Positions 1 through 8,784 of a stretch of 64,000 nt of DNA are shown here, piece after piece. Both the position numbers and the translations under genes were made by a program. The stretch comes from a virus. The first letter of the stretch is position 1, and each line of letters opens with the position of its first letter. The stretch spans positions 32,001-96,000 of IMG/VR virus record IMGVR_UViG_3300023184_004167. One strand, 5' to 3'. A model generated the notes under the pieces. The model worked only from the letters and a program-made list of their open reading frames with translations. It had not been told where the DNA came from and did not search any database.

Positions 1-9
1 TGGGTGTTT

Positions 10-567
10 TCATATTATTTTTTTAGATTTTTCTGTTGTTCTTTTATTTAACTCATTACAGCCTTCTTGTATATATATCGGCCATGCCATATTTTGCTCT
101 TGAAAATTCCAAGGTGGGTATTTTCCGGCAATTAATGTATAATCTTCTTTGCATTTTTTTTCCATTTCTTTAAAGTCATACCCAATCTCCCTTGAATCAT
201 ACCCAAATAATCCTTTAACTTTTGCTTCTACTTTTTCTGATAATATTAGATATAATTCAACACTTTTATTTACTAATAAACATTCTGATATTAGTGTATG
301 TATTCCATAAGTTCTTACTGATGGTGAACCTGTGAGTCCAGAACAATATGCCGACCAAGTACCCTTTATTCCATTTTTTGCAATTGAACCTCCGATTTTT
401 TTTATCTCTTTATCAACAACAATTAAATAAACTCTACCTGACTCATCTCTTAATATTTTATTTGAAACATCTAACGACCAATTAACTTTAATTTTATTAT
501 TACTATCATCATCCCTAAGAACAATATTTCCAACTTTTGTTGCGGTTTTAACTAAATCAATATTCAT
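10..567 (-). CDS. GIY-YIG superfamily endonuclease, Hpy188I-like putative type II restriction endonuclease
   Basis: GRVYLIVVDKEIKKIGGS fits the degenerate GIY-YIG beta-hairpin (VY...KIG). Later S-x-Y, a helical Glu (KEME) and a terminal PPWNFQ occur in the order recalled for R.Hpy188I. Lies directly downstream of a DNA methyltransferase. Confidence 0.6.
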   Translation of the reverse strand: MNIDLVKTATKVGNIVLRDDDSNNKIKVNWSLDVSNKILRDESGRVYLIVVDKEIKKIGGSIAKNGIKGTWSAYCSGLTGSPSVRTYGIHTLISECLLVNKSVELYLILSEKVEAKVKGLFGYDSREIGYDFKEMEKKCKEDYTLIAGKYPPWNFQEQNMAWPIYIQEGCNELNKRTTEKSKKII

Positions 568-605
568 CTTATTTTTTTATAATTTTAATCAAATATTTTT
601 ACCAA

Positions 606-1355
606 TCAAACTAATTCCAATCTATCTTTGCAGTATTCAACTTGAGCCGAACTTAATTCACTACCAATAAAATCCATCTTTAAATTTTTACATCCAAGAG
701 CTGTTGTTCCAGTCCCCATAAATGGGTCATACACCACATACCCTTCCTTCCCATAAACATTCAATAGTTTCTCACAAAACTCTGTTGAGTATGTTGCTTT
801 ATTTAAATCCGTACTACCATCATTATTCTTTGCAGTTATAAAATTATCAATAATCTCATAATAATTTTGTCCTTTTGGTGATGTCTTAACAATCTTCTTA
901 TTACAACTAAATGTCTTTAATTCGCTCTTCCTACAAATCACAAATACAAACTCAACAATTCTATTTAACCTATTGTATGATGCTGGATGAGGAATACTAT
1001 TACTTTTTTTCCATATGATTGTATCTGCAACCATAAACTCGGTATTGGATATTAGAGACGCCATAAGAGTATAGGGTAGAGATGGTGTTTCAATTGAATA
1101 TGAAAAATTATATAAAACAACCCCATTAGGTTTTAACACCCTATCAATGTTATTAAAAATATTGATTGTCCAATTAATATATTCTTCTTCCGTTTTCCAA
1201 TCAGAGTATTCATCATACCTGGTTATCTTATCTGCATATCCACCCTTTCTTTTAGTCATATTATAGGGTGGTGATGTCAATACTATATCAATGAAATCAT
1301 TATCCATTTTTGACATAGTAATTAAGCAATCTTCATTATGAAATTCATTTACCAT
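606..1355 (-). CDS. DNA N4-cytosine/N6-adenine methyltransferase, beta class
   Basis: Catalytic motif IV LTSPPYN near the N-terminus and SAM-binding motif I DPFMGTGTT near the C-terminus, which is beta-class order. Confidence 0.92.
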   Translation of the reverse strand: MVNEFHNEDCLITMSKMDNDFIDIVLTSPPYNMTKRKGGYADKITRYDEYSDWKTEEEYINWTINIFNNIDRVLKPNGVVLYNFSYSIETPSLPYTLMASLISNTEFMVADTIIWKKSNSIPHPASYNRLNRIVEFVFVICRKSELKTFSCNKKIVKTSPKGQNYYEIIDNFITAKNNDGSTDLNKATYSTEFCEKLLNVYGKEGYVVYDPFMGTGTTALGCKNLKMDFIGSELSSAQVEYCKDRLELV

Positions 1356-1356
1356 A

Positions 1357-3774
1357 TTATTGTATTACCCTGCTAACATTATCTACTTTGGTTATTCTAA
1401 CTACGCTATCTGCCCAATTACTTATTAAAGGATTATGACTGATTACAAATATCTTTTCAAAGTAATTTTTTATTTTTAAGAAAAACTCTCCAACTAATTC
1501 TAAATTATCATTAGATATTTTACCAAAAACCTCATCCATTACTAATATGTTTGGTTTTGGTAATGAACTCACTTTGGCCAATACCGCCCTTAATGCCATA
1601 CTTGCGATTGTTTTTTCATATCCCGACCCAGAAGACATTAACTTCTCAACACCTGTTGAATTATCAATCATCATAAACTCAACTTCATTCTTATCATTGA
1701 TTCTTATTTCCAAGTTGAAATAACAGGAATCAATTAACAATCTTTGTAGTTCTTGATTAATCAATGGCATCATTGTTTTCATTATAATCTTGGTAATCCC
1801 ATTCTTTCCAAACACATCAAGATAAATTTTATAAATTTTCTCTCTCTCAAACTCTTCAGCAATTCTTCCAATTATCTCATTATTTTTTTCAATCATTTCA
1901 TTGAACTTTTCAATGTTGAGTTGATTTGAAACTTTAATTCTATCATATCCCCTCTTTTCATCAATGAGTTCATTAATCCTCATATTTGCTTTCACAAGTT
2001 GGGATTCAACTTCATTATTCTTTTTAATTTTCTCTTGGACATTTTGATATCTCTTCAACTTATCTTCAAGTTGAAGTTTCTTATCCTTCGCACTTTCAAG
2101 ACTAATCTCATACTTTTCCTTAATGAGTTTATTTTTCTCATACTTGTCAAAATCATTTTTGAGTTCAACAAAAGATTTCTCTTTAAGTTCAAGTTTTAAT
2201 ACATCATCGGTTAAACCATTAAGTTTCTCTTTCCATTCACCAAGTTCTGCAATTTTCTTTTTTGTAAGTTCTGCCTCCATTAGTTTAATACCACAATGTT
2301 GACATTGCATCCCATCACCATATTTGTCAACCATATCGGATATGTCCTCAACTTTATCCCAAGCCCTGTTTTTATCAAGTTTGGTGTTAAAAAGTTTCTC
2401 CTTAACTTCATCATGCTTGTCTTCGTGGTAAAACTCCTTTGGTTCAATAACTTCAACGGATTCAATGTTTCTTTCAAGTTCTTTTATTCCATTATCCGCA
2501 CCAGAGATTTGAGTTTTAAGGGTATCTGGGTTAAGAATAACCAACTCTTGGTCTAGGTCGGTATACTTGGACTTCAATAAATTATCCTTATACTCCTGTC
2601 CTTTCTTTAACCTTAAATCAACATCTTCCGTTTGCACAATTGATACCTCAATCTCACCTTTTAATTTATTAATATCAGATTTTGACACCTCATTACTTTG
2701 TCTTAAAGACTCCGTATTATAGATGTTTGACATCATCCCCTTTGAGAACTCCGAATAGATTTCCTTTGCGGTTTCTTCCTTCTTCTTAATGAACTCCAAT
2801 CCCAAAAATCTTGACAATACCTGTCCTCTTGCCGTAGGTTTGGCATCAATTAAGTCCTCCAAGTTAGATGCTGTTGTTAAGATTGTCATAAGGAAGTCAT
2901 CCTCCTCACCAATAGATTTTTTAATGAAGTTCTCTGTTTCCCTTCTTTGTTCTCCAGTAAAGTTCAATAATTGTCCGTCAGCCAGTTTCTTAAAGAATTC
3001 CAACTCACTCTTAACATTCCATTCACCCGCCTTATTCTTCTTCCTCTCAATAGTTCTCGCAATGATGTAATCTTCCCCATCAATAGTAATCTCACCACTA
3101 ACACTTACTTTATTCTTGTCGGTAAACCTATTAAAGATTTCTTCCGCCTTCTGTGTCTTGGTGGTTGTATTGAAGAATAAGAACATCAGCAAATCTACTG
3201 TCAGGACTGTCTTACCACCGAAATTAGGGGGGTCTGACTCAACAACAGTAATTCCGTGGCACTTATCAAAATCAATCACCTGATTCTCACCATAAGATAA
3301 GAAATTACTAAACTCAATCTTTCTGATATACCACTTCTTAAATGGGGTAATTTCAACTTCATTGGTTAACATTCTCTGTTCAACAGCCAAGTCAATATTC
3401 ATAACACTATCAAATAATTGTCCGTGTCCCTTGGCATCAACCAATGACTTAACCAACTCCTTCTGATAATTCTTGTCCATTATGTTCATTGAAACATCTA
3501 TGGTTTGTTGATTCTCATCACTTGTTTTTACTTTCGTAACAACATTGATATTGTTTGAATTATACTTCTTTTGGAAATATTGTTTAACCGACCTGATTCT
3601 TTCTTGTGTGAAATTTTCAGGTATATCCTCCCAAATAACTTGGATATAAGGATTCTCTAATGTTTGAACATCTAATTTGTGAGCCATAGTTTTGTAATTA
3701 AATTCAGGTATTGGGTTAAATAAGTCCCATTTCATTTGTATCTGTGTTTTCAGTTTTTCCTGATTCGGATTCAA
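1357..3774 (-). CDS. sbcC: Rad50/SbcC (T4 gp46-like) SMC-family recombination ATPase
   Basis: IEFSNFLSYG, Walker A variant NFGGKT, coiled coils with zinc hook CQHC, signature SGYEK, Walker B LVMDE, H-loop ISH. The true start may be 3735 or 3687. Confidence 0.9.
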   Translation of the reverse strand: MNPNQEKLKTQIQMKWDLFNPIPEFNYKTMAHKLDVQTLENPYIQVIWEDIPENFTQERIRSVKQYFQKKYNSNNINVVTKVKTSDENQQTIDVSMNIMDKNYQKELVKSLVDAKGHGQLFDSVMNIDLAVEQRMLTNEVEITPFKKWYIRKIEFSNFLSYGENQVIDFDKCHGITVVESDPPNFGGKTVLTVDLLMFLFFNTTTKTQKAEEIFNRFTDKNKVSVSGEITIDGEDYIIARTIERKKNKAGEWNVKSELEFFKKLADGQLLNFTGEQRRETENFIKKSIGEEDDFLMTILTTASNLEDLIDAKPTARGQVLSRFLGLEFIKKKEETAKEIYSEFSKGMMSNIYNTESLRQSNEVSKSDINKLKGEIEVSIVQTEDVDLRLKKGQEYKDNLLKSKYTDLDQELVILNPDTLKTQISGADNGIKELERNIESVEVIEPKEFYHEDKHDEVKEKLFNTKLDKNRAWDKVEDISDMVDKYGDGMQCQHCGIKLMEAELTKKKIAELGEWKEKLNGLTDDVLKLELKEKSFVELKNDFDKYEKNKLIKEKYEISLESAKDKKLQLEDKLKRYQNVQEKIKKNNEVESQLVKANMRINELIDEKRGYDRIKVSNQLNIEKFNEMIEKNNEIIGRIAEEFEREKIYKIYLDVFGKNGITKIIMKTMMPLINQELQRLLIDSCYFNLEIRINDKNEVEFMMIDNSTGVEKLMSSGSGYEKTIASMALRAVLAKVSSLPKPNILVMDEVFGKISNDNLELVGEFFLKIKNYFEKIFVISHNPLISNWADSVVRITKVDNVSRVIQ

Positions 3775-3901
3775 ACTTCTTTTTTAATTCCTCAATATGT
3801 TTTAACATTGATTCTTGAAACATTTTTTGTTCCCTGATAACTTGTTTGTTCCTTGCGAGGATTTTTTGGTTATGCCCTTTTCTTTGATTTGATTTTGCCA
3901 T
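3716..3901 (-). CDS. small basic hypothetical protein
   Basis: ATG-started 61-aa ORF filling the gap in the operon. Confidence 0.6.
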   Translation of the reverse strand: MAKSNQRKGHNQKILARNKQVIREQKMFQESMLKHIEELKKKFESESGKTENTDTNEMGLI

Positions 3902-3912
3902 TTTTATAATAT

Positions 3913-4296
3913 TTAATTGTTATTGTTACTAGGTCTATTTTGTTCAAACCATTCTATAATTGAATTTATTGCCCATACCGCTCCTGATGATAACATTCCG
4001 TCAAAAAACCAAGAACCATAAGTACTAACTCCCAACATTTCGTGTACTGGTGAATATAAGAAAATTCCGAAGAAAAATCCAATCCATACGCTTACACACA
4101 TCATACAGGATGTCATTCCTTTTAAGAACTTTCCTATTGGTTGAAATAGCGGTAATGGCATTTCCGCCCAAACTCTAATGAACTCTCTTGGCCCACTAAA
4201 AATACTTCCGTAAACAATGATGTTGCTTAATCCGTAAGCCATAATCATCCATAATACTAATTGTGTCATATTTGTTTTATTTATATAATTTATCAT
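3913..4296 (-). CDS. membrane protein (DUF1360-like)
   Basis: Three hydrophobic segments and a CxxC-x-S-V-W motif (CMMCVSVWIG). Probable start 4270. Confidence 0.55.
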   Translation of the reverse strand: MINYINKTNMTQLVLWMIMAYGLSNIIVYGSIFSGPREFIRVWAEMPLPLFQPIGKFLKGMTSCMMCVSVWIGFFFGIFLYSPVHEMLGVSTYGSWFFDGMLSSGAVWAINSIIEWFEQNRPSNNNN

Positions 4297-4846
4297 CCAA
4301 GTTTGACCCTTTAAGGTAGACTGCTTGTCTCCCCGTTTGGCTTAACTGAATATTTTCAATTGTTTTTTCTAACTCTTTTATTTTCTTGTCCTTCTCAATG
4401 TTATCCATCTTCAATTTTTGAAGTGTTGACTCTAATGCTTTAAGTTTTGTATTGTCCTGTTCTTTTTCCACAATAACCTCAACAATCTTTTCAACTTCCT
4501 TTATAATTTCCACAACCTCACCTTGATTATAAATGATTTTCTCAACCTCTTTAACTACCTCCACCGGAACCTCAACAATCTTCTCTACCTCCTTAATAAC
4601 CTCTACATACTCTATCTTAATAACTTCTTTGATAACCTCAACAGGTATTTCCACCCTCTTTTCCACAATCTTTTCAACTTCCTTTTCCACCACCTGAGCC
4701 CCTTCTGTTAACAATCCGTATCTCTCTATACGGAACCCTTGAAGATAACAATTCTTTATAATATCATCATCCTTTAGATTATTCAACTTACAATATGATT
4801 GCAAGTCCTTATATTCACTTGAAGATAATGATATTGTTTTTTCCAT
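4277..4846 (-). CDS. hypothetical protein with EKIVEVPV repeats and C-terminal coiled coil
   Basis: Repeated VEKIVE/VPVEVIKEV units. Confidence 0.75.
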   Translation of the reverse strand: MEKTISLSSSEYKDLQSYCKLNNLKDDDIIKNCYLQGFRIERYGLLTEGAQVVEKEVEKIVEKRVEIPVEVIKEVIKIEYVEVIKEVEKIVEVPVEVVKEVEKIIYNQGEVVEIIKEVEKIVEVIVEKEQDNTKLKALESTLQKLKMDNIEKDKKIKELEKTIENIQLSQTGRQAVYLKGSNLDDKLYK

Positions 4847-5628
4847 TAGTAGTTAATGAGTTTTTCATTTCCATCCACCAATGAATCAATTGAATCTATA
4901 TAGAATTTTAAAAATGGTTTTGGGTTAGGTAAGTCAACAAACTGGTAGTCATCATTTTCTACATCATATACCCCATATCCGTGTTTAGTTATATTTTCTC
5001 CGAAGTTCTGTTGCAAAAAGCTTCCGACCATCACCCCTCTTTTACCATTTGGTATGTTAAATACCGCCATTTTATGTATATCTCCACATAAAACAATATC
5101 TAACCCCTTAAACTTGTCAGTATCATATGCCTCTTCACCAAAATCATAACCTAAATCACTTTTGAGTCCATTAATTGCTCCGTGAAATAAACCTATTTTA
5201 TACCCTTTAGCCTCAATAATATCCGGTGGAATATTTCCTTGGAATTGTGAATAAACACACCAACTGACGTTTTCATCCTCATAAATTCCTCTGTCTTTAT
5301 AATACACAATATTTGGATTATCTAATGAATTTACAATTGGACTGATTGAATCCAACCTCTCCGAATTATTGATAAGGGCGTCGTGGTTTCCAGGTATTAG
5401 TATTGTTTTTGCAATCTTGGAACACTCGGTTAATAACCAAGATGAGAACTCAATAACTTCAGGAGTCAATTGATTTTTTGAATGTAGGAGGTCTCCGGTA
5501 AACAAAATTCTATCCGGAGCGATTGATTTCCACTCCGACAAGGCTTGTTTTAATATTTTTCTGTAAAGTTCGTGGTCTTTATATAACCTCAAATGCAAAT
5601 CGCTGAAATGAACTAATTTTTTAATCAT
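4846..5628 (-). CDS. sbcD: Mre11/SbcD (T4 gp47-like) metallophosphoesterase nuclease
   Basis: Motifs DLH, GDLLH, GNHD, FHG and GDIH; close to the Rad50 gene. Confidence 0.9.
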   Translation of the reverse strand: MIKKLVHFSDLHLRLYKDHELYRKILKQALSEWKSIAPDRILFTGDLLHSKNQLTPEVIEFSSWLLTECSKIAKTILIPGNHDALINNSERLDSISPIVNSLDNPNIVYYKDRGIYEDENVSWCVYSQFQGNIPPDIIEAKGYKIGLFHGAINGLKSDLGYDFGEEAYDTDKFKGLDIVLCGDIHKMAVFNIPNGKRGVMVGSFLQQNFGENITKHGYGVYDVENDDYQFVDLPNPKPFLKFYIDSIDSLVDGNEKLINY

Positions 5629-5870
5629 AATATATTATTTTCTTCTGTTGTTTTTTCACCATTAAATAAATCAAAATCCTTATTCATATGTCCGCAACTA
5701 TCACATTTATAAGATGGAAAGGGCACGAGAGTGTCTTCTGGTGCTCCGGTTAATAATCTTGATACTTTTTTTATCAACACAATCTCTTTAAAATGTGTTC
5801 CTTCACATTTTTCACAAGTTACTGTAGGTTGTTCCCTTAAGTTAATTTGGGGTTTTTCTAATTCGCTCAT
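5625..5870 (-). CDS. zinc-ribbon protein
   Basis: CEKC...CDSCGH pairs. Confidence 0.7.
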   Translation of the reverse strand: MSELEKPQINLREQPTVTCEKCEGTHFKEIVLIKKVSRLLTGAPEDTLVPFPSYKCDSCGHMNKDFDLFNGEKTTEENNIL

Positions 5871-5890
5871 AAAGTAATATTTTATCTTTA

Positions 5891-5919
5891 AATATAGTTA
5901 ATTTTATTGTGATTGTCAA
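5891..5919 (-). promoter_or_regulatory. TTGACA-N17-TATATT promoter (putative middle class)
   Basis: Minus strand tttgacaatcacaataaaattaactatattt, just upstream of the Zn-ribbon/Mre11/Rad50 operon. Confidence 0.6.
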
Positions 5920-6770
5920 ACAAAATATTGCTTAACATTCATTCCCATCACCTCAGAAATAACTTCTTTTGGTATTCTATATTCAACAAAATCTGAATCA
6001 TCTTTGAGTAATACAACAACCCCTCCATACAAACTAATCTTCTCATATTTGGAACCTTCCAACATCTTAATAAGTAATTTACAATACAAAGGTAATTGAA
6101 CATAATAATGTCCGAGAGCATAATCATAGACATTATGAAAGGGGGGTTTCATTTTCTTGGTATATCTGGTTGTTTGGAAATTCTTAATTTTATTTGTCTT
6201 CCAATCGCTAATTACCAAACCATACCCTGTTTTATCTTTATTCTCCATTAACCAAAACTTGTCAGGTTGTCCTGTATATCCCAAGTCAGGATGCCCAAGA
6301 ACCATCTCCGTATCAAGTAATACAGCACCTCTCTCCTCCATTAATTTAAGGTATTTTTCGCCTGCTATAACCATACTATCACTCTTAACTATCTGCTCAA
6401 TATCACACTCAAAGAGGGGTTGTCTAACTTCTTTATATGAACCAAACATCTCAATGCTTTTTTTCTCCAATAAATAATGGACTCTTGAACCCATATTTGT
6501 TGCATACTCACCTAATGCCGCCCACTCTTTAATCAACCTCTCCTGTTCATCTGGGTCTCCACCCGCTTTGTTATATGCCGCCTGTTCTGTCGGAAATTCA
6601 TCATAAAAACATTTTAACACCTTTGAAACGGATGGGAAATTGCTCTTTATATTCCCATCCGCATCCTTCATAAAATATTTATGGTTATCCTCAATAAAAG
6701 TTAACCCCAACTCTAATTGTTTCTGTGAAATAACATCCCTTATTTCTTGGGCTATATCTTTTAGGTTCAT
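5916..6770 (-). CDS. PD-(D/E)XK exonuclease (RecB/lambda-exo-like)
   Basis: FPSVS, GSRVH, TE, GQPDK, ISDWKT and YYVQLPLY motifs. Confidence 0.8.
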   Translation of the reverse strand: MNLKDIAQEIRDVISQKQLELGLTFIEDNHKYFMKDADGNIKSNFPSVSKVLKCFYDEFPTEQAAYNKAGGDPDEQERLIKEWAALGEYATNMGSRVHYLLEKKSIEMFGSYKEVRQPLFECDIEQIVKSDSMVIAGEKYLKLMEERGAVLLDTEMVLGHPDLGYTGQPDKFWLMENKDKTGYGLVISDWKTNKIKNFQTTRYTKKMKPPFHNVYDYALGHYYVQLPLYCKLLIKMLEGSKYEKISLYGGVVVLLKDDSDFVEYRIPKEVISEVMGMNVKQYFV

Positions 6771-6771
6771 A

Positions 6772-7071
6772 TTAATTATTTAATAATTGTTTTATCTCGT
6801 TTGCCGCAACCTCTGTACCAGTTTTTCCATTGCCACCAATATGCCACTCATATATTGTATCCATTTCTAATGGGTGGTAATATTTCCAATCGTATACGGT
6901 TGCAACTTCACCTTTTTCGGTTTCGATGGTCCAATCGAAATTGGTTTTATCTTCTCCGTCATTAGACATACAATATGGCTTACCTAAAACTTTAATAAGT
7001 TGGTTTGGTGTAGCTTTTATTGTGGTTCCGTAAAATGATGTTCCAGATGAAGTTTTAGTAGTTTGTCTCAT
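6772..7071 (-). CDS. conserved phage hypothetical protein
   Basis: Intact 99-aa ORF downstream of a host-type promoter; TVYDWK...WHIGG pattern. Confidence 0.7.
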   Translation of the reverse strand: MRQTTKTSSGTSFYGTTIKATPNQLIKVLGKPYCMSNDGEDKTNFDWTIETEKGEVATVYDWKYYHPLEMDTIYEWHIGGNGKTGTEVAANEIKQLLNN

Positions 7072-7090
7072 ACTATAATTGTTTAGTCCA

Positions 7091-7122
7091 CAAAGATATG
7101 AAATAATAAATTACCAGCCAAA
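7091..7122 (-). promoter_or_regulatory. Bacteroidota sigma-70-type promoter (early)
   Basis: TTTG-N20-TATCTTTG on the minus strand matches the -33/-7 consensus TTTG/TAnnTTTG. Confidence 0.7.
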
Positions 7123-7130
7123 TATTTTAG

Positions 7131-7157
7131 AAAAAAACCCCATCCTAAGATGAGGTT
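7131..7157 (-). terminator. intrinsic terminator
   Basis: Minus strand aacctcatc-ttag-gatggggtt followed by a U run. Confidence 0.75.
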
Positions 7158-7183
7158 CTTGCCGTGGCTCCACCCTTACGGGA

Positions 7184-7453
7184 TTATTTATTATGTATTG
7201 GATTTTTACAATTTCCCTTATGAGTTAGGACTGTCGCATTACCCCAAGGAGCATAAAGATATTCACAACTATCAATAACAACCATTTTAATTGGGTTGAG
7301 TTCATTGTCAATTTGATAGGTTGTTTTTGTTTTGGGGACATTTGGTTCAGGTGATTTACAACTTACAAGTCCCGACAACACAGCGAGGAATACGATTGTG
7401 AATAATGCAATTGCAATTACTCTTTCTGTTGGTGTTAATTTATCTTTACTCAT
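7184..7453 (-). CDS. putative lipoprotein
   Basis: Hydrophobic N-terminus with lipobox LVSC; C-terminal THKGNCKNPIH. Confidence 0.65.
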   Translation of the reverse strand: MSKDKLTPTERVIAIALFTIVFLAVLSGLVSCKSPEPNVPKTKTTYQIDNELNPIKMVVIDSCEYLYAPWGNATVLTHKGNCKNPIHNK

Positions 7454-7457
7454 AATT

Positions 7458-7652
7458 TTATATTATTTCTTTAAGTTGAGATTTGTGAGTTATCCAAGTA
7501 TTAGGTGATATTTCTTCATCAGTAGTAACGACTAAATATCCATTACCTTTATCACCAATACATTTTACTATTTTACCATTAGGTTGCAAATCAGGTCTGT
7601 GACTTTCAGATAATCTTGTGTAAAACTTTTTGTCTATATTATTCATTTTCAT
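7458..7652 (-). CDS. hypothetical protein
   Basis: Short ORF in a tightly packed operon. Confidence 0.55.
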   Translation of the reverse strand: MKMNNIDKKFYTRLSESHRPDLQPNGKIVKCIGDKGNGYLVVTTDEEISPNTWITHKSQLKEII

Positions 7653-7848
7653 ACATTAATTTTATAAGTTGATTTTCTAAATCCTCTCTTTCATTTTGGA
7701 ATTTCATTGCCTCTTCAAATCTTTCATTTGTTAATTCATCCAAATTAACTATGTTAAAGTGTTGGGTTGGTATGGTGAATATTCTATATCCATATTTTGT
7801 TTTGTCAATGGAAATACCATTAATAATGTATTTGTTGTCTATATTCAT
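7639..7848 (-). CDS. hypothetical protein
   Basis: Short ORF in a tightly packed operon. Confidence 0.6.
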   Translation of the reverse strand: MNIDNKYIINGISIDKTKYGYRIFTIPTQHFNIVNLDELTNERFEEAMKFQNEREDLENQLIKLMYENE

Positions 7849-7854
7849 AACTTT

Positions 7855-8004
7855 CTATTTTTTTATCTGATTAACTACGCTTACTATACTCTTCATCCAA
7901 GCACCCATAATATCTCTTCTTCCGAACAATACATTCCATATCGACATATCAGCATCCCATATTTCTTTTGGCACTTCTACTTTAATAACTTGTCTATTCT
8001 TCAT
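7855..8004 (-). CDS. small hypothetical protein (49 aa, not in ORF track)
   Basis: MKNRQVIKVEVPKEIWDADMSIWNVLFGRRDIMGAWMKSIVSVVNQIKK; A-rich leader; fills the gap. Confidence 0.45.
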   Translation of the reverse strand: MKNRQVIKVEVPKEIWDADMSIWNVLFGRRDIMGAWMKSIVSVVNQIKK

Positions 8005-8023
8005 ATTATTTATTTTTATAGAT

Positions 8024-8322
8024 AAAAAAGACCCATTTTCAAGGACACCAACGATAGATTTTGGAGTATGTCGCCATCCACCTTATTTGGTTTTAAACGG
8101 GCAAACCCTTGAGGTGAGAAGTCCTCTGTGTTGTGTAGTTACAAAAGTATCGCTTGTGTACCATAGGTAGCTCTACCTACCTCAATTCCTTTCTCAAGGG
8201 AACAACACCACAACTTTAACTCCCCAGTGTAAGTTGACACCACCGCTAACTAACAATTTAGACAGAGCATTGTAAACAGAGGCTTCTGTGAGGTTTCGTT
8301 CCCGTGGCCTGCGGGCTAGTTT
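8024..8322 (-). ncRNA. candidate structured non-coding RNA with a possible pseudoknot
   Basis: Long intergenic stretch, GC-richer than its surroundings, with several helices (gtgttgt/acaacac, ttcc/ggaa, taggtag/ctaccta, loop tgagaa/ttctca, cccttgag/ctcaaggg) and a U-tract at the 3' end. Confidence 0.5.
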
Positions 8323-8778
8323 TTAATTTATTAAATTGGTAATTAATCTACTCTTTTCAACCATTGTCAGTTCCTTGTTTTCAAATAACTTCAGGGTCTG
8401 ATACACCTTAAACTCGTTTTCCTTGAATTCAGTTGAACCCGTTTGTTCCATCCATTCAATTTTGATACCAATTTCTTTCATCTCATTTTCCTTTTCTGTA
8501 TACTCATCACGAAGTTCTTCAAGAGTTGCACCTTTGTAGTTAGCCATTTCCCATTCATATACCCATCCGGCTCCGGTGCCATTATCATAATTAATAAGCC
8601 AAGCTTTAGGTGCTCCGTTATGAATACCTATAATAGTGAATATGCCAGAACTTGTAAGATGTGGGTTGCCCGACACTTGTTTACCCTTAGGCGTTGGTTG
8701 TAATTTTACTTTTTTTCCTATCATAGTTTTTGTTTTTTGTTTTTTACAATTAAAGATTTTATATAGAAGTTTTTTCAT
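8323..8778 (-). CDS. hypothetical protein
   Basis: 151-aa ORF; beta-rich N-terminal half and coiled-coil C-terminal half. Confidence 0.7.
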   Translation of the reverse strand: MKKLLYKIFNCKKQKTKTMIGKKVKLQPTPKGKQVSGNPHLTSSGIFTIIGIHNGAPKAWLINYDNGTGAGWVYEWEMANYKGATLEELRDEYTEKENEMKEIGIKIEWMEQTGSTEFKENEFKVYQTLKLFENKELTMVEKSRLITNLIN

Positions 8779-8784
8779 AAGTTT

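Noticed and set aside
5916-6770. Cas4 assignment
   Set aside because: It has the PD-(D/E)XK core but lacks the C-terminal Cys cluster for an Fe-S centre, and there is no array or cas1.
8024-8322. tRNA, tmRNA, or hammerhead/HDV/twister ribozyme
   Set aside because: I could not fit a cloverleaf with T-loop GTTC, a CUGAUGA/GAAA core, or HDV topology. It is kept only as an unclassified structured RNA.
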